Positions 34,909-45,324 are shown, counted from the stretch's first letter. The stretch: 64,000 bases of DNA from Dehalococcoidia bacterium (GCA_034421015.1 DAOUKT010000013.1:5965-69964); one strand, 5' to 3'. Notes: generated by a model not told the origin, from the letters alone. A program made the numbers and translations.

Positions 34909-37900
34909 GTGACCTTTCCAACGTACGAAGAGCAGATTCAGTCATTCCCCAGTGAGCTGGTGACGGCCTTCAGGGAAGCCAGAGACGTGGTTTCGGAGAC
35001 CCTCAGCAGCGAGGAGGACTTCAGGTCCTGGGCCGACTCCGGCCTCACGATTGCGCGCAGGGCCGGCAGGTCCTGGGAGGCGGCCAGGGAGTACTTCAGG
35101 GTCAGCCCCGTTATGCTGCGAGCCCTCCCCTTCAACCACTTTCAGCAGTGGGTGTACTGGGGCGGCGCCCTCTCCGAAGATTCCCCGGTCATTGCGGGGA
35201 CCTACTTCAGAGTCGGGCCGGAGGTCGCAAGGTCACTCAAGCCTTGGGACGTGCCTGAATGGGCCCAGATAGGCCGGAAGCTCTACGGCGGCGGAAGGCG
35301 TTCCGCGGCCCTCTGCTCCCGCTTCTTCGAGTCCAGCGGCGATCTCCTCAGCGTGCTCTCATTCAGCGAGTTCCAGCACCTGGTCCTACTGGTGGAGGCC
35401 GTCGCGGAGAAGTCCGCAGACGAGGCCATCAACTTCCTCACCCTGTCCAGGGACGTCCTGCCCTCCCTCAAGGAGGACACCAGGTCGTGCCTGTCCCTGA
35501 TATCCACGCTGGTAAAGGGGGACTGGAAGCAGGCGTCGGGAAGCCTGCAGGTAGTGCCGGAGGCGCTGGCGAGGATTGAGAGGGTGGAGCGGGCCCGGTT
35601 CCTCGCGCTGGCGGGGCAGGTGGCCGAGGGCAGTGAGGTTGACGTCCCGCTGTTCCTGCACGAGGGATCAGTCGCCCTTGGCCGTATAGAGGGCTTTGTC
35701 CACATGCACGTCCTGAACCTGGCGGAAGCCCTGGCCAGGGTGGACCCGGGGGTCGTGCCGGACTTCATCAAGGGCGTACCCCAGATTCTCCAGCACGTGA
35801 GCGTCAACCAGCTTGAGGCATGGTACGACGCGGGCGTGGGAATCCTGATGGAGAACGCGGAGGGTGGCGCAGCCTTCTTCAGGGGCGAGTCCGCCCGCTC
35901 GGAGGAGATTCTGGAGAAGCTCTCAATGGGCGTGGAGCTTGGCCGCGTCAAAGAGGTAATCCGAATGTACTGCCGGGCCCTGTCAGCCGTGGACGTGGAG
36001 ATAGAGGTCTCGTCCGGCGAGACGGCCCAGAACAGGGGATGGGTGGCCCTGGAGAAGATGATGGAGGAGGGAGCGACTGTTTACCTCCCCAACGTCTCGG
36101 AGCGTTTCGGCAACAAGGACGACAACTTCGACTGGTACAAGGTGGTGGCCACGCACCAGGTGGCGCACCTGGAGTTTGCCAGCTTCGACTTCTCATTTGA
36201 GCAGCCGGCCGCCATATTCTCGGACATGAAGACCCAGCTCCTCCAGGACGCGGAAGATGCGCCCACTCACTTCAGTGAGAACGGCGACAGTGACGGCGAC
36301 ATGGAAGGAATGGAGCTGCCGGACCTGCACCGCTTCTTCGCTCTCTTCGATGACGGGGTGCTGGCCAGGGACATCTTCACTGCAGTTGAGGGTTGCCGCA
36401 TCGACTACAGGGTTCTCGGCGAGTACAAGGGCATACGCAAGGCGTACAGATTGGTTCAGGACCAGGCGCTGTCGGAGAGGCCCGTGGTTGAGGAGCTGCG
36501 CGCCAGGGAGTCCATGGTTGAGATGCTCATCCGGTTCAGCCTGCAGCAGGTGGACGACCTGGCCGTTCCGGAGAGGTACTCGGAGTGGGCAAAGGTGCTC
36601 TGGGAGATGGTCCAGCCCCTGACCGTGAAGGAAGCGACCGTGGAGGACAGCGTCGAGGCCACAATTCGGCTGTACGACCTCATCTCACAGATACCCAACG
36701 AGGAGGTGGCCGACGGGGACTGGGACGTTCTCGACACCAACGACTTCCAGGACGAACAGCAGGATGCCGAGCCCGAGTGGGGCAACGACAAGATGGACGA
36801 GATCCTCAAGAAGCTGCTGGAGACCCAGCCCCCTAACCCGGACGCCCAGGGCCAGCCGTACCAGTCTCCGCCCCAGGTGGACTACCGCGGGGACTTCAAG
36901 CCGGAGCTGATGCAGCTGATCTCGCTGATAAGGGACGCCCAGAAGGAGAGGGGCGCCAAGGGCGAGTCCCTGACCCCGGAGGAGATGGAGCAGCTCCTGG
37001 CGGACCTGCAGCAGCAGTCCGTGCTGGCAGAGACGGGAGAGATTGAAGAGGGCGGGATGTTCGCCCCGGACACCGTTGTGGAGATCGGCTCCAAGGGGTC
37101 GCCGGAGGGCGCGGTCAAGCAGATCAACTACCCCTACGATCCCGTGTTCGACGAGGAGGAGCGCGGAGGCCCGCTGGAGGCCAAGGAGCCCCGGTCCTAC
37201 CTCTACGACGAGTGGGACTATCGCATGTCGGACTACCGCCCGCGCTGGTGCCTGCTCAGAGAGAAGGAGATGGCCGAGGGCGACGGCACGTTCTTCAACA
37301 CAACACTTGAGGGCTACTCGCTGCTGGCGTCCCAGATCAGGCGCCAGTTTGAGATGGTGGTGCCCCAGGGATTCCGCAAGATCAAGCGGCAGCAGGACGG
37401 GGACGAGCTTGAGCTTGACGCCGTCATTGAGGCCATTGTGGACAAGCGCTCCGGCACCTCGCCCTCTGAGAAGGTGTACAACCGGCGCAACAAGGTGCAG
37501 CGGGACGTGGCCGCGGCCTTCCTGCTGGACATGAGCGCGTCAACCGCGGAGGCAATCGACGAGACCCGCCGCCTGGCCGACGAGTGGGACGCCCCGGACG
37601 ACCCGCTGGAGTACATGTTCTGGCTTCGCAGCCGGCGCGGGGAGGGAATCCGCCGCAGCTACAAGCGCATTGTGGACCTGGAGAAGGAGAGCGTCGTGCT
37701 GCTCATCCACGCGCTGGAGACCATCGGCGACACCTACGGTATCTACGGCTTCTCAGGCTACGGCCGGGAGAACGTGGACTTCTTCGTCATCAAGGACATC
37801 AACGAGGCGCTGTCCGACAGGGTGAAGCGGCGAATCGACAAGGTCTCGCCCCTGCAGGCAACCCGCATGGGGCCGGCCATTCGCCACACCATCACCAAGC

Positions 37901-38190
37901 TGGAGAAGCAGGAGGCGCGCACCAAGTTCTTCTTCCTCATCAGCGACGGCAGGCCCCAGGACCGGGGCTACAGCCGCGAGGGCGTTGAGAAGGAGTACGC
38001 CATCCACGACACCCGCCTGGCGCTGACGGAGGCCCGCCAGAAGGGCATAATCCCCTTCTGCCTGACTGTCGACAAGGAGGGCCACGACTATCTGCGGGCT
38101 ATGTGCCAGGACATGGGCTACGAGGTGCTGGCCGACATCCACGCCCTGCCCAAGCGTCTGCCCACACTGTATCGCAGCCTGACGGTCTAG
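34909..38190 (+). CDS. NorD/CbbO-like VWA-domain protein, 1093 aa
   Basis: YDEWDY....YRP.WC, GDELELDA, MIDAS DMSAS and TRMG.AIRH/ISDGRP motifs; long helical N-terminus. Confidence 0.9.
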   Translation: MTFPTYEEQIQSFPSELVTAFREARDVVSETLSSEEDFRSWADSGLTIARRAGRSWEAAREYFRVSPVMLRALPFNHFQQWVYWGGALSEDSPVIAGTYFRVGPEVARSLKPWDVPEWAQIGRKLYGGGRRSAALCSRFFESSGDLLSVLSFSEFQHLVLLVEAVAEKSADEAINFLTLSRDVLPSLKEDTRSCLSLISTLVKGDWKQASGSLQVVPEALARIERVERARFLALAGQVAEGSEVDVPLFLHEGSVALGRIEGFVHMHVLNLAEALARVDPGVVPDFIKGVPQILQHVSVNQLEAWYDAGVGILMENAEGGAAFFRGESARSEEILEKLSMGVELGRVKEVIRMYCRALSAVDVEIEVSSGETAQNRGWVALEKMMEEGATVYLPNVSERFGNKDDNFDWYKVVATHQVAHLEFASFDFSFEQPAAIFSDMKTQLLQDAEDAPTHFSENGDSDGDMEGMELPDLHRFFALFDDGVLARDIFTAVEGCRIDYRVLGEYKGIRKAYRLVQDQALSERPVVEELRARESMVEMLIRFSLQQVDDLAVPERYSEWAKVLWEMVQPLTVKEATVEDSVEATIRLYDLISQIPNEEVADGDWDVLDTNDFQDEQQDAEPEWGNDKMDEILKKLLETQPPNPDAQGQPYQSPPQVDYRGDFKPELMQLISLIRDAQKERGAKGESLTPEEMEQLLADLQQQSVLAETGEIEEGGMFAPDTVVEIGSKGSPEGAVKQINYPYDPVFDEEERGGPLEAKEPRSYLYDEWDYRMSDYRPRWCLLREKEMAEGDGTFFNTTLEGYSLLASQIRRQFEMVVPQGFRKIKRQQDGDELELDAVIEAIVDKRSGTSPSEKVYNRRNKVQRDVAAAFLLDMSASTAEAIDETRRLADEWDAPDDPLEYMFWLRSRRGEGIRRSYKRIVDLEKESVVLLIHALETIGDTYGIYGFSGYGRENVDFFVIKDINEALSDRVKRRIDKVSPLQATRMGPAIRHTITKLEKQEARTKFFFLISDGRPQDRGYSREGVEKEYAIHDTRLALTEARQKGIIPFCLTVDKEGHDYLRAMCQDMGYEVLADIHALPKRLPTLYRSLTV

Positions 38191-39068
38191 GCCTCCAGCG
38201 CCCAGACTCTGAGCATTCCGTCTGCGCTGACAGCCGCAACCCTGGTCCCGTCCGGAGAGGCCGCGACGCCGTACATGCCCTTGATTCCAGTGTAGGCCGC
38301 GGCCACCTCCTCCAGTGTCTGGGCGTCCAGCAGCCGCACGCCTCCGGCAACGGAGCACATCAGGAGACCCGTCCCCGGCACGACCGCCACGGAGTTCGGG
38401 CCACCTCCCTTTAGCTGATTCGAGGCCACAGTCTCGTAGCTGCCGGAATCCAGCATTGCAAGCTGTCCTTCATAGGTCGAGTAGAGTAGCTGCCCATCCG
38501 GCATGAATAGGCATCCGGTTGCAGCCTGGCCTGGAGCTTCAATCTCCTGGACAACGCTTCTGGACCCAACGTCCCAGACCTTGATCACGTTGCCGAAACC
38601 GGAGGTCGCCAGCCGCTCGCCATCGGGTGAGAAGCTGACGCACGTTACATGCTTCGGATGAGCGACTATAACTTCCAGACTCTCGCCCCCATTGGCCCAG
38701 AACCCGACACGACCATCATAGGATGAGGTTACCCCCAGCTCTCCATCTGGAGAGAACGCCGAAGCCGCGAGGGTGTTCCGATGACCCGTAAGCCTGACTT
38801 TCTGCTCTCCCGAATTCCAGTCCCACACGATTGCGGTCCTGTCCGTGGAGCCGGTCAGCAGCAGACTAGTATCCGGGGAGATGGCCGCCGAGTTTACGCT
38901 CTTCTCGTGGCCCGAAAAAGTGCGGACGAGATCGTAATCGGGCACAGACCATACCTTTGCCAGCGCATCCATTCCCGTAGTGACAACTTCGCTGCCATCA
39001 GGGGTGAAAGACACGGCCTGCGCGTGCCTGGGGTGCGCCTTTGTCTCCGTGATCAGCTCAAGTTTCAT
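38187..39068 (-). CDS. WD40-repeat beta-propeller protein
   Basis: GH.....S..ISPD...L.TGS.D.T..VWD-type repeats, about 7 blades. Confidence 0.92.
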   Translation of the reverse strand: MKLELITETKAHPRHAQAVSFTPDGSEVVTTGMDALAKVWSVPDYDLVRTFSGHEKSVNSAAISPDTSLLLTGSTDRTAIVWDWNSGEQKVRLTGHRNTLAASAFSPDGELGVTSSYDGRVGFWANGGESLEVIVAHPKHVTCVSFSPDGERLATSGFGNVIKVWDVGSRSVVQEIEAPGQAATGCLFMPDGQLLYSTYEGQLAMLDSGSYETVASNQLKGGGPNSVAVVPGTGLLMCSVAGGVRLLDAQTLEEVAAAYTGIKGMYGVAASPDGTRVAAVSADGMLRVWALEA

Positions 39069-39106
39069 CTGATCCCTCCATTTGAAATGTGCTGCCTGAA
39101 GGCCGT

Positions 39107-40342
39107 CTACCTACCCGGACTGCGGACGAGGTTCCAAAGCTCCATCAACGCCTGTACAGCGGCCCTCTGCTTGACCAGCGGCCTCTGAGGCGGAAAACGG
39201 CGGCTGTTAGAGAATACGCCGTCTTTGGATGCCAGGCCTATGTGAACAGTCCCCACAGGCTGTCCCTCAAGCTCGTCCGGGCCAGCAACGCCTGTGATGC
39301 CTATGCCCAGGTCAGCTCCCAAGCGCTCCCTGCAGGCCCGGGCCATGTCTGCGGCCACCTCCGGGCTGACCACGCCGTGCTCCCGAATCAGCGCCGCATC
39401 CACGCCCCAGGCCTCCTTGACCTCGTTTGTGTATGACACAACGCCGCCAAGGAAGTAGGCGGAGCTTCCCGGGATCTGTGTGATGGTGTGGGCCAGGAAT
39501 CCCCCTGTGCAAGACTCCATTGTCGCCAGCGTCATGCCGCGCCGCCTTAGCTCCTTCCCCACCTGCTCCTCCAACGCCTGGTCGTCAACGCCCCAGATGT
39601 TGCCTTCCAGGTGGCGTCTCACCTCCTGCTCCACCGGCTGAATCAACCTCTCGGCCTCCTCGTCGCTGTGGGCCCTGACCCTGATCCTGATCTGGACGCC
39701 CTGCCACTGGGCGTACATCCCAAGCTCGACGTCCGGCAGGTTGAACAGAGGGGCGATCATCTCGTTGATGACCGACTCCCCCAGGCCGTAGGTCTTCAGA
39801 GAGCGCGTCTTGATTGCCGGACCAGTCGCGAGGGGCCTGAGGCGGGGCTGCACCTCCGACTCCCACATGCGGTGAAGCTCGAAGGGTGGGCCGGGCATTG
39901 CCACGATTATCTTGCCATCGTTCTCAACCCACCAGCCCGGAGCCGTGCCCACGGCGTTGTGAACCGTCTGGCCGGACGGAATGAGGTTGGCCTGCTTGAC
40001 GTTGGCGTTGGCCATCGTAAAGCCCCTCTGCCGGAAGGTCTCCTGCAGCCACTCCAGGGTCTGCGCATCGATGTACAGGTCTTCTCCCAGCAACTGAGCG
40101 ATGGCCTCGCGCGTCAGGTCGTCGTCCGTTGGGCCGAGGCCGCCGGTGGTCAGGATGAGGTCTGAGCGCTGCCGGGCGTGGCGCAGGGCGTTGACCAGCG
40201 CGTCAAGGTCGTCTCTAGCGGAGGTGATTCCCTGCAGCTCAATGCCCATTGCGGGCAGCTGCGCCGCCAGGTACTGGGAGTTGGTGTCCACCAACTCTCC
40301 CATGAGGATCTCCGTGCCGACGGAGATTATGTCCGCCTTCAC
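39107..40342 (-). CDS. cinA: Competence/damage-inducible protein CinA (MoCF + NMN deamidase)
   Basis: VGTEILMG..VDTNS, TGGLGPT.DDLTRE, PGPP.E, ESCTGG and TGVAGP motifs. Confidence 0.95.
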   Translation of the reverse strand: MKADIISVGTEILMGELVDTNSQYLAAQLPAMGIELQGITSARDDLDALVNALRHARQRSDLILTTGGLGPTDDDLTREAIAQLLGEDLYIDAQTLEWLQETFRQRGFTMANANVKQANLIPSGQTVHNAVGTAPGWWVENDGKIIVAMPGPPFELHRMWESEVQPRLRPLATGPAIKTRSLKTYGLGESVINEMIAPLFNLPDVELGMYAQWQGVQIRIRVRAHSDEEAERLIQPVEQEVRRHLEGNIWGVDDQALEEQVGKELRRRGMTLATMESCTGGFLAHTITQIPGSSAYFLGGVVSYTNEVKEAWGVDAALIREHGVVSPEVAADMARACRERLGADLGIGITGVAGPDELEGQPVGTVHIGLASKDGVFSNSRRFPPQRPLVKQRAAVQALMELWNLVRSPGR

Positions 40343-40350
40343 GGCCGGCC

Positions 40351-41334
40351 TCAGCTTCCCGTGGCGTCGGAGCCGGATGCCGGCAGGCGGGATACAATGG
40401 ATTGAATGCCCTCAATCCAGTCGGCGTTGACGGTGTAGATGTCCAGGATGACCTCTTCACGCTGCGTCTGTCCGTAGTAGGCGGAGCCGTCCTCCGTCGC
40501 GTCTCCAAAGCGCATGATGGTTGACGAGGTGTACCGAACGCCATCCTCCCGGACCTCAGTAGTGCGAATAAGCATTTCGATGGCTGGCTCCTCCAGCCCG
40601 AACTCCTCCAGGTCCGCGGGGCCGTAGGCGGCCAGGGCCTGCTCCGGCCGCTCCAGGGCAGCGATGAGCTCGTCCACTATCTCCTGCTCGACCGGGACAG
40701 TCTCGTCGTCCTTCAGATGCCAGCCTTCCTCGCCCTCGACGATGAAAACCACTCCATCCGGCGTTTCAAACCGGAACTCCAGGAGAAACTCGGCGGTGGT
40801 GTCGTAGTACCACTCCGGGAACGGCGGCTCGTGTATCAGGCGCGTATGGACGTCCTTCCAGCTGTTCACAATGGTGTAGAGCTGCGGGAACCCGTCGATC
40901 TGGCCGTAGAAGCCGACCTCGTCGGGGGTTGGGAGTCCCAGGAGGACCGTGATTGTCCTGCCGTCCTTGAGGTCGATCTCGATGGTGGTCTCAGGAGACG
41001 CCAGGCCATAGGGCGCCAGGTCCCCGGGCGCTTCGTCCAGGAGCCGCCTTGTCTTGGGGCCGCTCAGCAGAAGGGTGACGCCGCCCCAGCGGTCGAGGCC
41101 CACGGGCAGGCCGTCCGGGCTGTCCATTCTCCAGCGGTCTCCGTGGTCGAGGAAGAACACGGCCTCTTCGCCCCGGTCCTGGATGTGGATGCGTGTCATG
41201 TCGTTGATATCGACGTTGTAGAACCAGGGCGGCTCCTCATCGGCCTCCGGCTGCCGCCCGACCTGAACGAAAAGGACGTAGCCTGCCACCATGATGAGGG
41301 CAATTACCAGGACTATGGAGGTGCGTACGCTCAC
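40351..41334 (-). CDS. DUF4340-domain lipoprotein/membrane-anchored protein
   Basis: N-terminal TM; two L..YGL..P-type repeats; follows gldG-like gene. Confidence 0.75.
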   Translation of the reverse strand: MSVRTSIVLVIALIMVAGYVLFVQVGRQPEADEEPPWFYNVDINDMTRIHIQDRGEEAVFFLDHGDRWRMDSPDGLPVGLDRWGGVTLLLSGPKTRRLLDEAPGDLAPYGLASPETTIEIDLKDGRTITVLLGLPTPDEVGFYGQIDGFPQLYTIVNSWKDVHTRLIHEPPFPEWYYDTTAEFLLEFRFETPDGVVFIVEGEEGWHLKDDETVPVEQEIVDELIAALERPEQALAAYGPADLEEFGLEEPAIEMLIRTTEVREDGVRYTSSTIMRFGDATEDGSAYYGQTQREEVILDIYTVNADWIEGIQSIVSRLPASGSDATGS

Positions 41335-41343
41335 GGCTTCAGC

Positions 41344-43071
41344 TCATCGTCTGCGCCACCAGGCAATGCCTGCCAGCAGCACAATGCCGGTGGGCATGAG
41401 GAACCAGCTTGAGTAGCGTATGAAGTCGAACTCGCGCTGGTCGATTACCAGCTGCCGGAAGGCCACGGGCTTCGCCCTGATGGAGATGAGGTCATACTTC
41501 TGGGCCAGCCAGCCAACGGAGTTGAGGAAAAGGTCGCTGTTGCTGAGGGCATAGTAGAACTGGTTGGCAGCGAAGTCGGAGTCGCCGTAGACAATGATGT
41601 AGGTTCGCTGCTCCTCCTGGGTCGGGTCCGGCTGCACAGGCGGCTGGCCGACGGGCGCCAGGGCCTCCACCACCATGCCGATGGGTAGCGGCCCGGGTAT
41701 GTCCCCCTCCAGAGCGCAGCTTGAGGAGTCCGGGTCCGTGGTCACGCAGCTGAACAGGGACGTCGCGGCCAGAGGGACCAGATTGATGTTCAACTGGTCA
41801 GGGTTGGGGGGCAGACCTTCAGGCGCCCTCTCAATGATGTCCTGAACGCCCGTGGCATGGGTGAAGAAGCTGTCGTCCAGGGGCTTGGTTATGGGATGTT
41901 CCTGGTTGTAGTCCGAGCGCCGTATGATGGGGCTTCTGGGGTCGGTGGTGACAGAGCTTCCCACGTCTACGATGGTCCCCGCCGGCACGTGGATGCCCCA
42001 GTTGTTGAGTATCTTGTTGAGCTGCGGGTTGACGGCGTCGTCCAGGAGGAACATGGCCCGTCCGCCGTCTCTCAGGTACGCCTCGATCTTGTCCCGCTCG
42101 TCCACAAGGAAGCTGCCCGAGGGACCTGCGACTATGAGCACGGCGGCGTCGGACGGTATGGCTTCCACCTGCTTCAGGTTCAGAGTCCTGACGGCGTAGT
42201 TGTCGCCCAGCAGCCCGCTCCTGGCAAAGCCGAAACCGCCGCTCTCCTCATCCAGGTCGGCGGTGTTGCGCTCGCCGTGGCCCGTCGTGAAGTACACAAC
42301 CTTTTGCTGCTCGCCGGTGGAGATCAGGAGGGCGCTCACCAGGTCCTGCTCCGATAGCACGAACTCCTCTCCAAAGAAGAACGGTGTCAGGAGGTACGGG
42401 TTGAGGTCCGACTCCTCGGCCTGGAAGACGATGGTGGGATACTCGCTGATGCCGTCCTGACGGGCGCGCGCCGGTGTCAGGTCCGGGTCGATGAACTCAT
42501 AGTTGAAGTCCCTGTTGCGGCGGTTGAACTCGTACAGGAAGTCCTCCGCCTGACGCTTGATGCTCACCTGCCGGGCGTCGTCCGGGGCTGTGTAGACACG
42601 GGCGTTCACCCTCTGGTTCATCTCTTCAAGGACCTTCACGGTCTGGGGCGCGAGGGTGAACTGGCGGGTGGCCGTCAAATCAATGCGTGCGGAGTTGGAG
42701 AAGGAGATGAACCCCAACAGAATCAGGATCAGCATGAATGCGACCACCATGACGATGGTGTTGGCCGCGTACCGGCCGCTCCGGGCGGTGAGGGCGTCCC
42801 GGACCGTGCGCAGGTGGGTCAGGATGGGGATCGCCAGCATCACCAGGGCGATTCCTATGAGTACGAGTCCGGGAGTGCGCAGCTCCGGCACGGTCAGCCA
42901 GACGACAAGCCCGCCTATCAGTATCACCACCCCGGCAAGGGAGAGGGTGAGCGCCCCTTCGACAAGCGCGGTGGCTATGCTTCGGGGCGAAAGGCGCGAT
43001 GTCAGCCCTTCGGTCTGGGCGGACTGCTGCTCTTCGCTCTGGCGCCGTACCCTTCTGCGGTCCCCCTGCAT
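41344..43071 (-). CDS. GldG-like ABC accessory protein
   Basis: RIDLT....FTL...T, VYFTTGHGE and V.GDSDFA.N....N.DLFLN.V.WL motifs; C-terminal TM WWRRR. Confidence 0.88.
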   Translation of the reverse strand: MQGDRRRVRRQSEEQQSAQTEGLTSRLSPRSIATALVEGALTLSLAGVVILIGGLVVWLTVPELRTPGLVLIGIALVMLAIPILTHLRTVRDALTARSGRYAANTIVMVVAFMLILILLGFISFSNSARIDLTATRQFTLAPQTVKVLEEMNQRVNARVYTAPDDARQVSIKRQAEDFLYEFNRRNRDFNYEFIDPDLTPARARQDGISEYPTIVFQAEESDLNPYLLTPFFFGEEFVLSEQDLVSALLISTGEQQKVVYFTTGHGERNTADLDEESGGFGFARSGLLGDNYAVRTLNLKQVEAIPSDAAVLIVAGPSGSFLVDERDKIEAYLRDGGRAMFLLDDAVNPQLNKILNNWGIHVPAGTIVDVGSSVTTDPRSPIIRRSDYNQEHPITKPLDDSFFTHATGVQDIIERAPEGLPPNPDQLNINLVPLAATSLFSCVTTDPDSSSCALEGDIPGPLPIGMVVEALAPVGQPPVQPDPTQEEQRTYIIVYGDSDFAANQFYYALSNSDLFLNSVGWLAQKYDLISIRAKPVAFRQLVIDQREFDFIRYSSWFLMPTGIVLLAGIAWWRRR

Positions 43072-43072
43072 A

Positions 43073-43786
43073 CTATCTCCACCTCCGGGATTCCAGGGAG
43101 CGCACGGTGAGGAACAGCAGGAAGGCGGTGAAGACCACGTAGAAGACTATGTGGTGTGTGTCTATCACGCCTCTGGAGAAGTCCTCGAAGTGGTTGGTCA
43201 GGGATATCTGGATAACAATCTCCGAGAAGATGCCGCTGACGTAGGTGGAGGCCAGGTCCACAACCGACAGGATGAGCAGGATGCCCATCGCCACCACCGC
43301 TGAGAGTATCTGGTTGGCGGACAGGGACGAGGCGAAAAGCCCAACGGACAGGGTGGCCATGCCGAAGAGAACAAGTCCCAGATAGCCGCTGAGGATGGGG
43401 CCGGCGTCCGGCGTTCCAAACCAGAACAGCATCAGGACCAGGTAGGCCGTGGGCACGAGGATAGACACCAGGCTTGCCAGCGCCGCCAGGAACTTGCCCA
43501 GCACAATCTCGTAGTCCCGGATGGGCGCCGTCATCAGAAGCTCCAGTGTCCCCAGCTTCTGCTCCTCCGCAAGCAACCGCATTGTGATCACCGGCGAGAG
43601 GAGGGCGAATATCAGGGTGCTGGGCACCAGGTATCCCCTGATGGTGGCCTCCGGCAGAATTCCGCTGATACTGGTCACAAAGTAGTAGGCCGCCAGCCCT
43701 GCGTAGACGGCCATGATGATGTAGGCCATTGGGGAAGCGAAGTAGGTCTTGGTCTCCTTCCAGGCTATGGTGAGGGTGTTCTTCAT
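43073..43786 (-). CDS. ABC-2 permease (GldF-like)
   Basis: KE...YF.SP.AY, TMRL.AEE.K.GT.ELL.T.P and HF.DF.RGVID motifs. Confidence 0.92.
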   Translation of the reverse strand: MKNTLTIAWKETKTYFASPMAYIIMAVYAGLAAYYFVTSISGILPEATIRGYLVPSTLIFALLSPVITMRLLAEEQKLGTLELLMTAPIRDYEIVLGKFLAALASLVSILVPTAYLVLMLFWFGTPDAGPILSGYLGLVLFGMATLSVGLFASSLSANQILSAVVAMGILLILSVVDLASTYVSGIFSEIVIQISLTNHFEDFSRGVIDTHHIVFYVVFTAFLLFLTVRSLESRRWR

Positions 43787-43787
43787 T

Positions 43788-44747
43788 CTACTCGGACTCC
43801 GTGGCCGTCAGTCGCAGGAATATCTCCTCCAGGCTCATCTGTATGGGTTGCAGCTTCAGGAGGCCCCAGCCCTGACCGATAACCAGGGCAGCTATCTCCT
43901 CTCCGACCACGGCCCCTGCGTTGGACTCGATGTAGTAGCTGGACACGTCGCCTTCGCCGGTGCGCCTGACCTCACGCACACCCTGAACGTTGCGCAGGGC
44001 CGTCATCACCTGGGCCGCGGGCCCGCGGATGTCCGCCTCTATGCGCTCGGTCCCCCTGAGCCGCTCCGAGAGGTTCTCCGGCTTGTCGATGGCGACCACC
44101 TGTCCTTCGTGGATGATGATCACCCTGTCGCAGACCATGCTGACCTCCGGCAGGATGTGGGTGCTGAGGATGACGGTGTGGTCGCCGCCGAACCCCTTGA
44201 TGAGGCTCCGGGTCTCCACCACCTGTATGGGGTCAATGCCGATGGTCGGCTCGTCCATGATGAGCACTTCCGGCTCGTGAAGGATGGCCTGGGCTATGCC
44301 GACGCGCTGCCGGAACCCCTTGGACAGCTTGCCAATAAGGGAGGACTGGTACTCTCCCAGCCGCGTGATCTCGATGACCTCTTCGATACGCCGCTTCCGC
44401 CAGCCCTTGTCCATGCCACGAATGTTGCCCAGGAAGTCCAGGTAGTCCTCAACCGTCATCTCCGTGTAGAGAGGCACGGTCTCCGGCAGGTAGCCGATGC
44501 GCCTGCGAGCTTCCAGGGAGTTGTCCACGACGTCAAAACCGGCCACCTTAGCCGTCCCGGACGTGGGCGGCATGAAGCCGGTGAGGATGCGCATTGTGGT
44601 GGTCTTGCCAGCTGCGTTGGGTCCAAGAAAGCCCAGGATTTCGCCCTTGTTGACGGTGAAGCTGATGCCCTCAATGGCGGGATAGTCGCCGTAGAACTTG
44701 GTGAGGTTATCCACCTCAATCATTGTGGACTGGGTTGTGTCTTCCAT
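43788..44747 (-). CDS. ABC transporter ATP-binding protein (GldA-like)
   Basis: GPNAAGKTTT, LSKGFRQRVG, MDEPT.G.DP and LSTHILPEV motifs. Confidence 0.95.
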   Translation of the reverse strand: MEDTTQSTMIEVDNLTKFYGDYPAIEGISFTVNKGEILGFLGPNAAGKTTTMRILTGFMPPTSGTAKVAGFDVVDNSLEARRRIGYLPETVPLYTEMTVEDYLDFLGNIRGMDKGWRKRRIEEVIEITRLGEYQSSLIGKLSKGFRQRVGIAQAILHEPEVLIMDEPTIGIDPIQVVETRSLIKGFGGDHTVILSTHILPEVSMVCDRVIIIHEGQVVAIDKPENLSERLRGTERIEADIRGPAAQVMTALRNVQGVREVRRTGEGDVSSYYIESNAGAVVGEEIAALVIGQGWGLLKLQPIQMSLEEIFLRLTATESE

Positions 44748-44907
44748 TACCGCTTTCTTGGGGGCGCGAGGCCCCGGCCAAGACGTATTGGTGAATTATA
44801 AGCGTTATCCACACCTGTGAGCAATACGGGACTCCGAATTTCGCCAGGAGACGCAGTGTACATCCTGAATGCTAAGGAATTGTGAAGAGGAGAAGGGAGG
44901 CATCCTG

Positions 44908-45324
44908 CTACGCAAACGGGTTGCGGATGGTCAGCCCCTGTATCTGCTGGCCGTCCTGCAGGTCCTCGGAGTAGAGCCGCACGCAGCCCGCTTCAAGGGC
45001 TGCAGCTACGATGAGGGAGTCATAGAGGCTGAAGCTGTACTGGCCTTGCAGGCTGAGGGCGCGCCTGTAGAGAGCGGGAGTTGGGTTCACCTGCCATAGC
45101 GGGATCAGAACGTCGTCCAGCAGCCGACTCGCTTCTTCTCGCGTTGCTCCGAGCTTTCGGGTTACAACGTTTAGCGTCTCCTGTACAACCTGGTAGCTGA
45201 TGCAGGCGGTCCCATTGTGATGGCTTTGAATGACCACGCTTCGCGCCATTTGACGCTTGGTCGCGTCGGTCTCGCCAAGCATATAGATCAGCACGTTGGT
45301 GTCGAAGAAGTCCTCAGCGCTCAT
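44908..45324 (-). CDS. vapC: PIN-domain (VapC-like) toxin
   Basis: FFDTNVLIY, ISYQV.QE and YDSLIVAAAL.AGC..LYSEDLQ.GQ motifs. Confidence 0.92.
   Translation of the reverse strand: MSAEDFFDTNVLIYMLGETDATKRQMARSVVIQSHHNGTACISYQVVQETLNVVTRKLGATREEASRLLDDVLIPLWQVNPTPALYRRALSLQGQYSFSLYDSLIVAAALEAGCVRLYSEDLQDGQQIQGLTIRNPFA

Noticed and set aside
44805-44813. Perfect DnaA box TTATCCACA as an origin signal
   Set aside because: Single box, with no cluster, dnaA or AT-rich unwinding element; could be chance or minor regulation.
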